Assembly: GCA_013239625.1 (NCBI GenBank)
Contig: MU054323.1
Coordinates: forward strand, 17,736,029-17,800,028
Source: Lama guanicoe
Lineage: Eukaryota
Length of the DNA stretch: 64,000 nt
Direction of reading: 5' to 3'
Part shown: in pieces, positions 37,727-50,839 of the stretch
How positions within the stretch are numbered: the first letter of the stretch is position 1
How the letters are laid out: every line of letters begins with the position of its first letter
Program-made: the position numbers and the translations under genes
Notes under the pieces: generated by a model
Told to the model about the DNA's origin: nothing
Seen by the model: only the letters and a program-made list of their open reading frames with translations
Database searches by the model: none

Positions 37727-38279
37727 GGCATCCCAGAATAATCATTGTTACTAAGAACTTGAGGTTTGAGGGGGCATCTCCTCCTAATGGAAGGGCACTG
37801 GCTGGTCTAGGTTTCCTGCATCTCTGCCCTGATTTGAGAAGAGAGCTGGGGGTGGGGGTGGGTAGGGAGTGTGGGGATAGAGGGTGAGGGGAGGGGTCTC
37901 AAGTCAGTAAGTGCACTAATGCCTCTTAAGCTTTGAGGATTCTCAATCCACTGAAACCTCTGAGGATATCCTGGGATCTCTAGGACCCACTGGTCTTAAA
38001 GTTAGTAATGAGGAATTATGGACCAGTAAAGTCCTCCTGGGCCCAGGAGAGGTGGTGATATTTCACCCTGGCGGGTAAAGAATTTATGGTAATAAGAAAT
38101 GAGCAAGGCTCTGGGATTGGTTCAGGCCAAGAATGGAATAAAGGTCAAAGATGAGGTGAGATTCTGAAACAGAGTGGGTCACACTTGTAGATGGAGGTCA
38201 GGGAGAGATGAAGGTATTTTGAGGGTCTCAAAATGTCTAGGCCCTCAGAATAGCTACAGCATATCTTTCAGTTATGAAT

Positions 38280-38480
38280 GGTTTGTGAAAAGAACATGGA
38301 ACTTGGACCTTAATAGACATGAGTTCAAATTTCAGGTCAAGCATTCAGTAGCCATGTGACCTTGGGAATTTAGGAAAGTGATCCAACATCTTTAATCCTC
38401 AATTCTCTCATCTTCAAAATGGGACTAATGATACTAGGATCATTTGAGAATTTGAAAGGTAATAGATAATAAAGCGTTGA
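38280..38480 (+). mobile_element. MIR SINE
   Basis: GAGTTCAAAT...GCCATGTGACCTTGGG...TCTCATCTTCAAAATGGG. Confidence 0.7.
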
Positions 38481-41400
38481 ACAAATCTTATCTTTTTCCT
38501 TTCCCATTTTCCTATTAGAAAATAGCTGAGGACAAAGCAAGGATATGTATCTATTCCTCCAGTTCTTGTACTCCAAGATGTGGGATACCATACCAGGACT
38601 GCAGCCCTGGGGCAAGAGGGTTCTCCTTGGCCTCTGAAGTTTTCTGTGCTGCAGCAGTTCAGTTAGTATTCAGGGCATGCTGGAGAAGCCCTGCCCACTT
38701 TGACCCTTTGGACCAAACCTCATGCTTTGCAGGCTTTGGGGCTATAATTTAGAAACCAGCCTTCAACTAAATTTTTAGAGGTCACCATCTGGTCCCAAGG
38801 CCTTCAGTCTTGGAGAATTAGATTGTTTTGCCTATGGCCACACAGAGCGCCAAAGCCTGGCCTGAAATCCATGTGCAGTGCTCTCCTGTGTTACCAGTTA
38901 GTGCAGGTTAGCAGGACAATGATGCACAATTCTTTCAGCACGATTTTCTGAAGTATCAGCCATAGACTACTTGTACCAGCATCAGCAGGTAAACTGGATA
39001 AAAATGCAGGTCCCTGGCCTCCTGCCAGACCTGTGCAATCAGACTCTAAACTTTAAAAGCAATGGCTTAGAAAAGTAAACCAGTTCCAGGTTACACTTTT
39101 ACGTGGAAACATAATGCCTTCGTCTGCCAAAGTGCTCTTCTGTGGGGGAAGATTGGGTAGACGTGTTATTGTTTGGAATCATACTTACAGGTTTTTCTGA
39201 CCCTGCTTATTTATAGAGCCAACTCTGTCCCTAGCTATTTACTTACTTCCCTGGAACTTCCTAATGTTGGGAAATACCGCTGTGAGGGTCACAGGAGACC
39301 ATTTCTGTGGCCACCTGATGATGAGGTACTGTGATGCGGAAAGGTCAGTCTGATTCACTCCTGAGCCACAGTAATAGCCTGGCCTCTTGTCAAGGCAGTA
39401 GGGGAGGAGAGGGAGTCTTGGTTCTTGTTTCTGGGGATGGGGGAGGGGGAGGGGCCCACCAGGATAAAGCCTATGTCATGAGCTGCCACTTCCTGTGCTT
39501 TGACAGAGCATTTGCTGCCAGTTTAGCTGTGTTTAGGCTGAGGGTGGGGGCAAAAATGACCCCTTTCTCTGAAACTGTGAACTCTGATCTCTCGGTCTAG
39601 AGAGAGATGGGCTCTGGACATGTGAACAGACCCCACGAGCTTCCTCCTGATAACCAGGACTGCATGAGCTGGCTTTTCAGAAGGAACTTGTGACTGTGGA
39701 TCACTCTCCAGAGAGACAAACCTTTTCAGACTTAAGAAAAACAACAGTGGCAGCAGCGTTTGCATGAAGTTTTTTTTTTCCCCTGTTGGGGCAAGGAATA
39801 ATGACTTTATTCAGAAAGCTAGAGACCTAGAAGGAGGTTAATGTCCTAGAGACCTTGAGAATCATCTTTTGTTGTTGTTGGGGGCACGCCTTAAGTTTTG
39901 ACCAGCTCTTGCAGCCCTCCAAGTTAGAGGGTTCTGGGGCATCCCTGCACTGCAGAACTCCAGGGGGCTGCAGAAAAATTTTGCAATAAGGATTCACATC
40001 AGCTTCAAAGTGCCAAAAATTGCATAAAAATGCTGTCAGGAAGACAGTCGTTGCTACCTTAAATCTTTTGAGGGGCAATGTGGGAAAAGAATATTAGTAA
40101 AATAAAACAAAACAGGTCATGGTTGTGTAGCAAATGTCACTGTCCTCAGTATCTAACTGGAGGTCAGGGGAGGGGCCAAGTGGAGCTGGTTTCAGCCTCC
40201 TTCCCAAAGGGGCTGCACCCCTGAACAGAGTCCTGGCAGTAAAGAGCTCCTCTCCATAAAGCATCACTTGCACCCATCCCAATCTAGTCTTTCCCTTTTT
40301 GATTACTAGGGACAAGAGGATTCATCTGACTTAACTGGAGATGGCTCCCTTCCCTAATTTATTGTTCCATTCTTGTAGCTTCCTCCACACTGGCTCAGTG
40401 TGAGGAGATAGGAGTACAGGGGAAGAGTCAATCACCTCAGAGGTACCAGTTCACAGATGCAGAGCTCCCCCTCCACTGGGCTCTAGGCAAGGAAAAATCC
40501 CAACCTCTTTCTTGTATTCATTGGGTTCTGTTGAACCTGGAAAGGAAGTAAATTCCAAAGGCAGGAAATGACCCAGAGACCATAACAGCATGTGAAAAGC
40601 CCAGCCGGTGCTTCCATCACTTTGTTTCAAACTATTCTAATCTGTGTCCCAGGAAGCCTAACCCATTAACAGATGGAGATCTGTTTTCAGCCGCCTCATG
40701 GCATCTGCCACTCCCGGCTGGTGACATTTGCACATTTCAAGAAGGCAGACCTGTCCCAATATCTTCAAACTTCTGGAGGGTGCAGCTCCAGGAAAGTCCT
40801 TGGGTCTCTGGCTGACAGCACTGACCATCTGACGTGCTTCATCTGCAGCTGAACTGTGGCTGGCCTCCAGCCTAGAACACTAGCACACCGAGTCTGTTCT
40901 TGAAGTCGTGCAGAATCTAAAATCAAAATGCCCGTGTTGCCAGAAAAGCCTGGCTCCCTTGCCTGCTTCCTAATCCCTTCTCACCAGGCTTTCCTAAAGA
41001 AGCCCGATGAGTCAGGAAGGAAGAAAGCGTGTCTAAGGGAGACCTGGGGTTGGGCTGGCCTCTCTCATTGCTTCCGAAAATTTCCTCCTGTTTTACAGTG
41101 CGGGTAATGTTTGGGGATTCAGTTGTACTTTTCCTGTTTCCTCCTCTATCAGTCCTCTCTTTGAGAAACGCTTCATTTACCACGCATGAAATCAGCTCAG
41201 CAGAAGCAGGAGGCCCTCTGATGAGGAATTAGTTGCTGTTGCAAAGCAGTTTTGACTTCACTAATATCCCCAGGAGCAGGGCAAGAAAAAACTCCCACCT
41301 CTACTCCCAGATGGAACCATCATTCAGCTGCTTTGTTCTGGCCCGGGGGCCTGTACTTTTCCTAGGCTTTTAATTTTTACTGAACACCATCCATCAGCCT

Positions 41401-42484
41401 TCCCACTGAAGGCTGTGTGCCAGTTCGATTTTAAACACAGTGAGGTGGTTTCTGGGATGCCTTGCTCCAAAGGGCTATCCTGCTGATTCCCTCCCCAGGT
41501 CATCAGAAAGTAGGTATAGTTGAATGAATAACAGACCTAACTAACTCTTTCAACACTTTCAAAATGTCAAACAGATTAAAGCATTAAGAATCCCATGTAT
41601 CTGTTAACATCTGTTTTATAGAAAATCTCCAGCAAGAGAGAGGGGGTGAGTTCAACATCAGGCTGTGGGTATTGGGAGTGGACGGGAAGGGCACTGCTCT
41701 CCTGCGTTCTGGCATCCTGGGGTCCTAGTGGCTCTATGCCACTATCTGACATGGTGTGCTTTTTATTATGAAAGAGGTTTTAAAAAGTGTGTTCTGATAA
41801 GCTTGGATTTTTCCTTGGAGACAAATGTAGTTTCCATTACAAGCCAGTAGGAGCTTAACGTCAGAGGTAGGCTGTATCAGCCGTATGAAAGTGATAATAA
41901 ACAACTGATAAAAGAAACTAGGGGGTCTTCATAAAAAGGGAGGGGAGGGAGGGAGAGAGACAGAGACAGAGAGAGAGGAAGTCTTTTCTGTTGTTGCCAG
42001 GAAGAGACAATCCTGCAAGGGATAGAAGAGATGGAGTCTCTTCCTTTCTTCCCTTGCCTCTGCCTATGGAAAGTGAGCCAGGAAAAAGCTAGAAACAGGA
42101 GACAGAGGGAGGCCATCTCTCCAGCTGTTGACACCAGCCAAACAGAATAAACAGTTCATGTTTTGATGATGAAGACAATCATCATGATGAGGAGAAGTTA
42201 TTGACCCAGATGAAAAAAGCAAAGCCTTTGGATTTCAAGCTATGCTTAAGCCCCAGAGTAGTGCTGTTAGAGCCCCTTACATGATACAAGGGACTCTAAT
42301 GACAGGAATTTAGGGTGAGCGAAATAAATGTAATTGAGTAGAAAAATCAGGGTTAGATTAAAATGTGACAGAATGGTTAAACATTAGGAAAAAGGTACCA
42401 CATTCTACCTATTTTTGTACTGTTTTCAGCCTTGATTGAATTGTCTTGTCTGTTAAAAGGTAACATGAGGAGTTAAAAACTGTA

Positions 42485-42845
42485 CTTTTTTTAAAAAATT
42501 GAGGTATAATTAACGTATAACATTATATTCATTTCAGGTATACAGCATAGTTATTTGATATTTGTATATATTGCAAAATGATCCATCACCATACATAGCT
42601 GGAAAAATTTTTTTTCTTGTGATGAAAACTTTTAAGATCTACTCTCTCAGCAACTTTCAAATATACAATACAGTATTATTAACTGTGGTTACCATGCTGT
42701 GCGTTACATACCCATGACATTTGTTTTATAACTGGAAATTTGTACCTTTTGACCCCCTTCACCCATTTTATCTCCCCCACCCTCCCACCTATCCACTTCC
42801 ACCAGGAACCGCCCATCTGTTTTCTGTATCTACTTATGAGCTTTG
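42485..42845 (-). mobile_element. 5'-truncated L1 3' end (L1MA-type)
   Basis: TTTAAGATCTACTCTCTCAGCAACTTTCAAATATACAATACAG; TSD GTTAAAAACTGTA at 42472-42484 and 42846-42858. Confidence 0.85.
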
Positions 42846-43161
42846 GTTAAAAACTGTATTTGTAGTTAAATATATAACAGACCAAAAGATTTTGCCATGC
42901 TCTCTGAGGCACATATTTAGGATGCCTGGCCATTGGGGGCCTCCTAGTCCTCTACGGCCTCCACCAGAGACAAAGAACAGAGGAGGGAATACACAGCTTC
43001 TTGAGTGCTAGCCGTGAAAGGCCAGAGTTATAACATGACAATAAATGTCATGTCTGCTTCACCCGAGGTTTAACAGAGGTAATTGCTAGACGCTTAAAGT
43101 GGATGCTTAGATTTTGAAAGTAGGAGAACAGAATCAAAATGGAAAAAGAGAATTTTTTTCC

Positions 43162-43374
43162 CATACCAACTACTATATATAAAATAAAAAAACAATAAGG
43201 TCCTACTGTATTGCACAGGGAACTATATTCAATACCTTGTAATGGCCTATAAGGACAAAGAATATGAAAAGAATATATATAAATATAAATATATATATAT
43301 ATAAATGAATCACTATGCTGCACACCAGAAATTAACACAACTTTGTAAATTAACTATAATTCGATTAAAAAAAA
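43162..43374 (+). mobile_element. Cetartiodactyl-type L1 3' end
   Basis: GTCCTACTGTATTGCACAGGGAACTATATTCAATACCTTGTAAT...TGAATCACTATGCTGCACACCAGAAATTAACACAAC + A tail. Confidence 0.85.
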
Positions 43375-43384
43375 GGGATAAGAG

Positions 43385-43925
43385 TGTGCTAGGTGCTGAG
43401 GACACCACAGCTAACTCACAGAGGCTCTGTGGCGTGTGTTAAGAGTCGAGGGAACATGGTGATATCAGATACCTGTTGGACACCAAGTGAACTGCTAGGC
43501 CAAGATAATTCACAGTTTCGACATTAGATTGTGCTACATTCGTTTCCAAGATGTTTTTATCTCTGAGAAGCTGGGGTTTCAGCAACTGTTGTAAAATGCA
43601 AGTATTAAGTGAAAGTCAGTGTGGAACAAGAGGTGACTGAGTGGTGGGATTTAGACAGGTTCCAAGAATTGAGAAGATGTTCAGTGCCCAGTTGGCATAC
43701 ACATCCTTCTATAAATAACTGTGGTTAAATGTAAAATGAAAGTGTTTTTTTCTTTTAATATATGTGTATTATTTATTTTTTTTTCAAACAAAGTAAGTTG
43801 TTGGGACCTACCCACTTGATAAATGAGATTTCTGTTAGATTATTTATTTTTTTTGGCCTAGGGGCTCTGTGAAAAAATTACTGAGACATTAAAATGCTGT
43901 GAATTGAGGAAGTTTGGTAACCTCA
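43385..43925 (+). mobile_element. Charlie1-like non-autonomous hAT element
   Basis: AACTCACAGAGG near the left end; TTTGGCCTAGGGGCTCTGTGAAAAAATTACTGAGACA...AAGTTTGGTAACCTC at the right end. Confidence 0.7.
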
Positions 43926-44206
43926 GGATTAGAGCAGTAGAAACTGTATCAATGGAGAAAGGTGGATTTTAATGGCTTAGGCTCAATGGTAAGAATAGAA
44001 AAGTGATTCTGTCCTTTTTTCTCCAGACCATCCAGGGCACTGCTCACAGTATTTCCCCTGTTCTCACATAAAATGAGCATTCTTAGTCTGAATGTTTTTT
44101 ATTAATGGAACTATTTGGTAGACTATTAAAAGTTATCTTGTACAATGCTTCTCAAATTATGTCCAGTGAAGGGTAATTTAAAACATTTCCAATCTGTCAT
44201 GGACTA

Positions 44207-44516
44207 TGTGATGGTTAATTTTATGTGTTAACTTAGCTGGGCCATGGTGCCCAGATATTTGGCCAAACAGTATTCTGAATGTTTCTGTGAAGATGTCTTT
44301 CTGGATGAGATTAACAACTAAATCAGTAGACTCTGAGTAAAGCAGATTGCTGCTATAATGTGGGTGGGCCTAATCCAATCAGTTGAAGATATTAATAGAA
44401 AAAAGACTGAAACTCCCCTGAGCAAGAAGGAATTCTGTATATATCAACACACACACAGACACAGACACACACACACACTGTTGGTTCTGTTTCTCTGGAG
44501 AACTGTGACTAATACA
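44207..44516 (+). mobile_element. ERVL LTR (MLT2-like), apparently nested in an older hAT-like element (~44140-44690)
   Basis: TGTGATGGTTAATTTTATGTGTTAACTT...(CA)n...TTGGTTCTGTTTCTCTGGAGAAC...CTAATACA. Confidence 0.85.
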
Positions 44517-44734
44517 GATTGATACTTTAAAAAAATGCAATAAATGTACATTTCTAGGAAAATAATCATATGCTTAAATACTGTGGAAATGTTAAATTGT
44601 TATAAAAGCTTCTAAATGCTTGCTTTCAGTTTCCATATTTAGTTTGTCTGATAGTAATAAAGAGCTTGTGGAACACAGTTTTTGTAGCATTGATCTCATA
44701 AAAAATGTAAATATACCCATACATGCGCACAAAT

Positions 44735-44945
44735 ATTTATTTACTTCTTATTTTGAACTAATTTTAAATTATCTGAAAGGTTGCAAAACTGATACAGAGC
44801 TTTCCTGTATATTCCCTCATCCAAGTTTCCCAATTTTAACATCTGTGTAATCATAGTACAGTTTTCCAAACAAAGACATTTAACATTGGTACAAAACTAT
44901 TTAACTAAACTACAGAGCTTATTCAGATTTTACCAGATATATTTT
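44735..44945 (-). mobile_element. L1MC-type 3' end
   Basis: AAAGGTTGCAAAA...TTAACATTGGTACAA...TAACTAAACTACAGA. Confidence 0.65.
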
Positions 44946-45379
44946 CAATAGTGAAGTCATAACTCTAGAATGTGCAACTTTAGTAGATACTGGGCCAGAA
45001 GATTTTTGCAGAATGGGTTGTAACTGTTGCTTTACTGTGTGGATCAGCCAGCTGAGAATTAGAAAAGTTTGACGGTAATTGTGGATTGTTCTGGAGAAGA
45101 ATGTACAAACCACAAACCTCAGTTAGAAGCATTTCACACATATTGATCAAGCCAATACCATAGTTCCTAAGCTTGACTATCATTACTATCAGAAATAACA
45201 AATTCTTTTGTTATTTAGAGAAATTAGTCACTTAATGACGGAATGTAGAAATGTGGTGATGCTCGAATGTGACTTTGAAATGTCATGCATTTTTGGCCAC
45301 GTGATTGTTTTCCATCTCTTATTCTGTAAAGCCATTTATGACCTATCACAGGTAGAACCCCCTGTAATGGCTTTTTGGG

Positions 45380-45580
45380 CTCCTACTGTAATGACTTCAC
45401 AGATGTCTGTCGTGCACCTGTAATGCTTCATTGCTGTAATTTGTGTAGATGCCTGCCAAGCTGTGAGCTACTTGTGGGCATGCCTGTGTCTTGCCCACCC
45501 TGGTATCTCAGTGCTTGGTGTAATGCCTGAGGCAGAGCAGGCCTGCAACACATGCTTGCTGAAAGAAGGAATGACTCAAT
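45380..45580 (+). mobile_element. L2 3' end
   Basis: CTGTGAGCTACTTGTGGGCA...GTATCTCAGTGCTTGG...GAAGGAATGA. Confidence 0.6.
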
Positions 45581-45960
45581 CAAACACACAATAAGTTCAC
45601 ATCTACATTTTTTTCCTATCTGATCTTGTTGGGAAAAGAGGCCATAACTTGAAATTATTCTAGTGAAAAAGACAATACTGTCTATATATTAAAAAGGAAA
45701 AGCTTTCAAGGGCCTTGTGTTTGAGAAATAGGCTTTGAATGCCAGGTGTGACTTTAAAAGCTGAATAAAGAACATCACTGTTACAAATAGCACAAGTGTC
45801 TGGGTGCTAACTCGCTTTATTCAGTAGCTGCTGTTGTACTGTAGGTAATTTTATCCCCTTTAGATAAACCTGCTTTCTACCTAGGATGATGTGTTATTAT
45901 TAATTGTTACTATTCAGCATTTTTACAGTATGTTTTCAAAGTGTTGTCTTCCTCATTCTT

Positions 45961-46032
45961 TTCACTTTTCAATTGAAGTATGGTTGATTTACAATGTTGT
46001 GTTAGTTTCAGGTGCACAGCAAAGTGATTCAG

Positions 46033-46078
<46 letters not shown>

Positions 46079-46483
46079 TTTTTCAGATTCTTTTCCATTA
46101 TAAGTTATTACAATATACTAAATATAGTTCCCTGTGCTATACAGTAGGTCCTTATTCATTTCATATTTAATAGTGTATATATGTTAATCCCAAACTGTTA
46201 ATTTAGCTCTCCCCCTCTTTCCCCTTTGGTAACAGTAAGTTTGTTTTCTGTCAGTGAGTCTCTTTCTGTTTTATAAATAAGTTTATTTCTATCATTTTTT
46301 TAGATTTCACATATAAGTGCTATCATATGGTATTTGTCTTTGACTTACTTCACTTAATATGATAGTCTCTAGGTCCATTCATGTTGCTGCAAATGCCATT
46401 ATTTCATTCTTTTTTATGGCTGAGTAGTATTCCATTGTTTGTGTGTGTATGCACACACACATGTGTGTGTGTGTGTATATATG

Positions 46484-46534
<51 letters not shown>

Positions 46535-46724
46535 TACATCTTCTTTATCTGTTCATCTGTCAATGGGCATTTAGGTCGTTTCCATGTCTTGGCTATTGTA
46601 AATAGTGCTGCTATGAACATTGGAGTGTGTGTATCTTTTCAAATTAGAGTTTTCTCTGGATATAGGCCCAGGAGTGGGATTGCTGGATCATATGGTAACT
46701 TTGTTTTTAGTTTTTTAAGGAATG
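45961..46724 (-). mobile_element. 5'-truncated cetartiodactyl-type L1 with internal (TA)n/(TG)n microsatellites
   Basis: ATTGAAGTATGGTTGATTTACAATGTTGTGTTAGTTTCAGGTG; GGAGTGGGATTGCTGGATCATATGG; TSD TTCCTCATTCTT at 45949-45960 and 46725-46736; target TT|AAGA. Confidence 0.9.
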
Positions 46725-49606
46725 TTCCTCATTCTTAATGAGCTATGCAGATGATAGGTAATGAAGGGTCAACTAGTCTCACATGTAGCTGGTATTCAGT
46801 ACATTTTTGTTGACTGCTTTATCACTAAACTCAGTTGGGGACAGGTCAGTGCAAACTTGTAGGACAAAAGTCTCCCTCACTTTTACATGGAGGAAGTGTG
46901 GAGAGTCGGGGAGGGTAGACAGTGAGGTCAGGCAGACAAAGGTTGGAGAGGGAAGGAAGTAGAAATTCCTCAGATGGGAGTGGAGAAGCCTTCTGAATCT
47001 CTGACCCACATCAGCAATCCTCAGGGCACTCTGGGGTTACAGACACATCATGTTTATTTATCCTGTGAAAGAGTATTCCTTTGGGATTGGAGCTGCTGAT
47101 TCTTAGGAACAAATAGTTTAGGGATTGCTTTTATGAGTCTGGAGTCAGTTTTCAGCATTCTACTTATGCTTATATCACCTGATTATAAAGCTGGGAAAAA
47201 AATAAGATACCAAGAAAAATTTATAGAAATTCAGAACATCAAAGCTGAATAATAAGATATTCTCACAGGAGATATTGCAATTATGGTAGGGTGACTAGTG
47301 ACAAGGAGACGATTGATCCTAAATGTCCCTGGAGGCAAGGACAGACTGAATTTGCTGTTGAGACATGGTGAGGAATAGAGATTTACCTCTTAGTTCTCGG
47401 AAACCTCACTTCCTCCTACAAGTCTTGCTCAGTGGCTCACTCTGGTTCTGTCAATTGAGAGATGAAAAGATTTTTTTGACAAAGTGGGTTGGGGTTGAGG
47501 TCGGGGTTGGTGGCCTAAAAATATAATAATGATAAGTACTCAGAAAATCCCTCTCTGGCTTAAAAAAATTTATTTTTAATTAGCACATGATATTTGTGTA
47601 CTTTGGTTTCACTGGGCAATGACCACAAATATTTATCTGTAACACAGCTTGGAAGAAAGGAAAGTTGAGAAGATAAAAATATGGACCTTTCCTGGCAGTT
47701 GGGTTGGTTGGGAGAAGTCTGGAAAGGTTCAAGGAAATGTGCCACAGTAAATTAAAAAATCTCCTTTATCATGGGCCTGATGGGCCAGGTTAGCCTGGGG
47801 CCATACATGAAGGCCACTGGGGAGGTGAAAGAACCAGCCTGGGGTTCTCAGAAAGGTGGCAAAGCAGATTTCTTTTATCTCAGGTAGAAGCTCAGATCCA
47901 GAAGTCACTGAGTGTTATGACAATTAAATGGGATAATGTCTGTCTAGGTGACCCGATGCGGAGCCTGGCACCCAGCAGATGCTCAGGTCAAACTGGATTA
48001 AATTCCCTGCTGTGACTTCATGAGGCCTGGGAGTGGGTGTCTGAAGACACTGTGTCAGATGATGGCTTCATGCCACGCTGGTATTCTGCACTTTGGAAAA
48101 CACTGGAAAGCTGGACTCGTGCCAACTCCGAATTCTTCCGTTCTGGTTGAGATGAGCCATAGCTAGGGATGCGGCCCAGTTTCTTCACTTGCAAAACATT
48201 ATGATTTGGGGAAATAATCTTGTGACCTGAATGAGGAAAAACACCTGATATTTCCTCAGAAAGGAGTTGGTTTAGATTTCAACTCAGAGGAGAACCCTAA
48301 GAATTCCCACCCACAGGGACTACTGCCATTTCTATTTTGGGCAAGGATTCAACCTCTGAGATACCTAGGCTAAGATTTCTCGGTTGTACCATACCAATTT
48401 CTCACAAATATTTTGCAGGCCTAACCAGGGAGCAACAGGGAGCTTTGATTCCAGCTGATCCACTCTTCACCAGCATTGTCATACCATTAATAGATTCCTG
48501 CCATTTTTGACCACCTTGTCACCAGCATCATCTCCCTGGGCAAAAGGCTAGTCCCCGGCTACATACCCTTTTCAGTCCCTTATCCCTCTGCAGTGCTGCA
48601 CGCTCTCTCATCATGCTTTTATTTTCAGTCCTGTCTCAATTGGACTCTTCTTGTCAGCTTTATAGCATGCTTGAGGCCCCCATGGAGGGAGGAGTGGGGT
48701 GAATGGAGACAACCCTCTCCCAACCCTATGTTCTCCTCAAACCATCACCTTCTCCTCTCCCCTTTACAGAGACTTCTAGAAAGAATATTTATATTCATGG
48801 ACTCTTTTTTCTCACTTCCTACTCACCCCTCAGGTCACTGTTGATGGCTCCTGGCCCATCAATCCAACCAGACAGCTTGTGCGAAGGTCCTGTGTCGTCC
48901 TTGACCTCACGGTAGTCATCTGCACTATTGGCCACTCTCCTCCTGGAACAGCTGTCTTTTCTTGGCTTCACTGACACAGGACTTTTCTGGTTTCCTTTGT
49001 CTTCTCTGACAGCTAATTTACTATCTCTTTTACAGTCTTATCTATTTTTCCCAGGTTAATAAATATTAAAATACCCAAGGTTCACTCCTAGACACGCTTC
49101 TTATTCTAAATTTTATGCATGCCTAAAATGTTTCCCTGGCCTAGATCTCTCCTCTGAGCTCTAGACCCACACGTCCAACTTCCTATTTGACATTTGCACT
49201 TGGAAGTCTCCCAGGCATCTAACATGTAATGCATCCAAAACCACACTTTTGACCTTCCCCCCAGATCTTTCCATTGCTCCATATCTCACTGAAGGGTTGA
49301 GCAGGCTGCAACTTGGAGTCTCTCTGACCCTTCCCTCTGTTTTACACGTCACATCCAATTTTGCCTTTGAAACCTCTCCTGAATCCATTCTCTTCTCCCT
49401 TCTTCCTTTCCCACTGTCCTAAACTACCATCATCTCTTACTGAGATTACCGTGAAAGCCTCCTCATTGGTCTATCTGTAGCCATTTTGACCTTCACCTCT
49501 CACAGTGTATCCAGAGTGATTTCTTCATCTGAGCTTCATGTCCACCCCTGTCCCACCTGAAAATGTTTAAAATATTCAAAAGCCTTTTCATTATTTTAGG
49601 ATATGA

Positions 49607-49770
49607 TTTTTTTTCTTTTTTTTTGAGGTGGGTGGGGAGGTAATTAGGTTTATTTATTCATTTATTTATTTCTAATGGAATCTTAGGGATTGAACCCAGG
49701 ACCTTGTGCATGATAAGCATGTGCTCTACCACTAAGCATGCGCTCTACCACTAAGCTGTACTCTCTCCCC
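49607..49770 (-). mobile_element. Camelid tRNA-derived SINE (Vic-1-like) with a 19-bp internal duplication
   Basis: GGAGGTAATTAGGTTTATTT; GGGATTGAACCCAGG; TAAGCATG(T/C)GCTCTACCAC twice. Confidence 0.85.
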
Positions 49771-49782
49771 TAGGATAGGGTA

Positions 49783-49950
49783 TTTTTTTTTTCAATTATT
49801 CTTTTTCTTAAATTATTTTCTATTTTTGTTGGTGGGGAGAAGTAATTAGGTTTACTTATTTGTTTTTGTTTTTCAGTGGAGGTGCTGGGGATTGAACCCA
49901 CGACCTCATGCATGCTAGGCATGCACTCTACCACTGAGCTATACCCTCCT
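49783..49950 (-). mobile_element. Camelid tRNA-derived SINE (Vic-1-like)
   Basis: GTAATTAGGTTTACTT...GGGGATTGAACCC...CTCTACCACTGAGCTATACCCTCC. Confidence 0.85.
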
Positions 49951-50839
49951 GCTAGGATATAATATTCTTAACATGAGCACAAAGCTCTGCCTCTTTCCAG
50001 CTTTATCTCAAACCGTGCTTCACCATGCTTCTTCCTGCACACCAGCCACTCTGGCCTTCTTTCACTTCCTGTCACTCGCTGTGCTTCCTCCCATCAATTG
50101 CTTTCTTCCCAGAATGCTCTCCCCACCCCCATTTCATCTTACCACTTCCTTCCTTTCTTCAAATCTCAGCTCAGTCATGGCTTCCTTGGGGCTGTCTTCC
50201 CTGACCTCCAGGGCAAACCTCTACTGTAGAGTCCTAGGTACTTCTCCTTCATATGCTGAGCACGGCTATAGTTTTATATTTACTTGGATGACTATTTGGC
50301 TTAAATAAGTTTCCCACTGACTGTGGACTCCATTAGGGTAGGGACTGGGCCTGATTTTCTGCTTACAACCAGCATGGTGCCTAGCACATTTGTAGTAGGT
50401 ACTTGGTAAATGCATTTGTTGAATGGATGAATGAGTGAATAAATGAATGAACATGGACTTCCGTTTTCTGTAATTCCTTTGGCTTCCTCTTCTTCTGGCT
50501 ATTTCACCTGTGCCCTGTCCTTTGTCAACTCATTGATCATGAATTTGGTTTGTATGTCCAGTGCCACTGCTGGGCTTCCTTCCTGTTATTGGTGATGAGA
50601 CTTATGAGATTCTGCATAACCTTTGGACAGTGTCCTCCTTTGAATACTTCCTCTCCTGCAATAATTTTGTTGTTAGCAGGATTCTGTTCAGAACTTCAGG
50701 CTTAGGTAATGAGAGTACCACCTGAGGAGGGGTGGTTGCTCACCTAGAGCAATAAGATCATGGACATGGAGGGAGTCCTTAGTAATCACTTAATTTTTCA
50801 AGCAAAGCAGAAATCCTTTCTTTACCACTCCTGACAGAT

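Larger units (their letters stand above)
48770..50452 (+). mobile_element. L2 LINE 3' region, interrupted by two SINEs
   Basis: CTAGATCTCTCCTCTGAGCTCTAGACCC...; terminal GTTGAATGGATGAATGAGTGAATAAATGAATGAA. Confidence 0.8.

Noticed and set aside
45891..46738. ORFs with IYIYIY/CVCVC runs
   Set aside because: Antisense L1 3' end plus (TA)n/(TG)n repeats.
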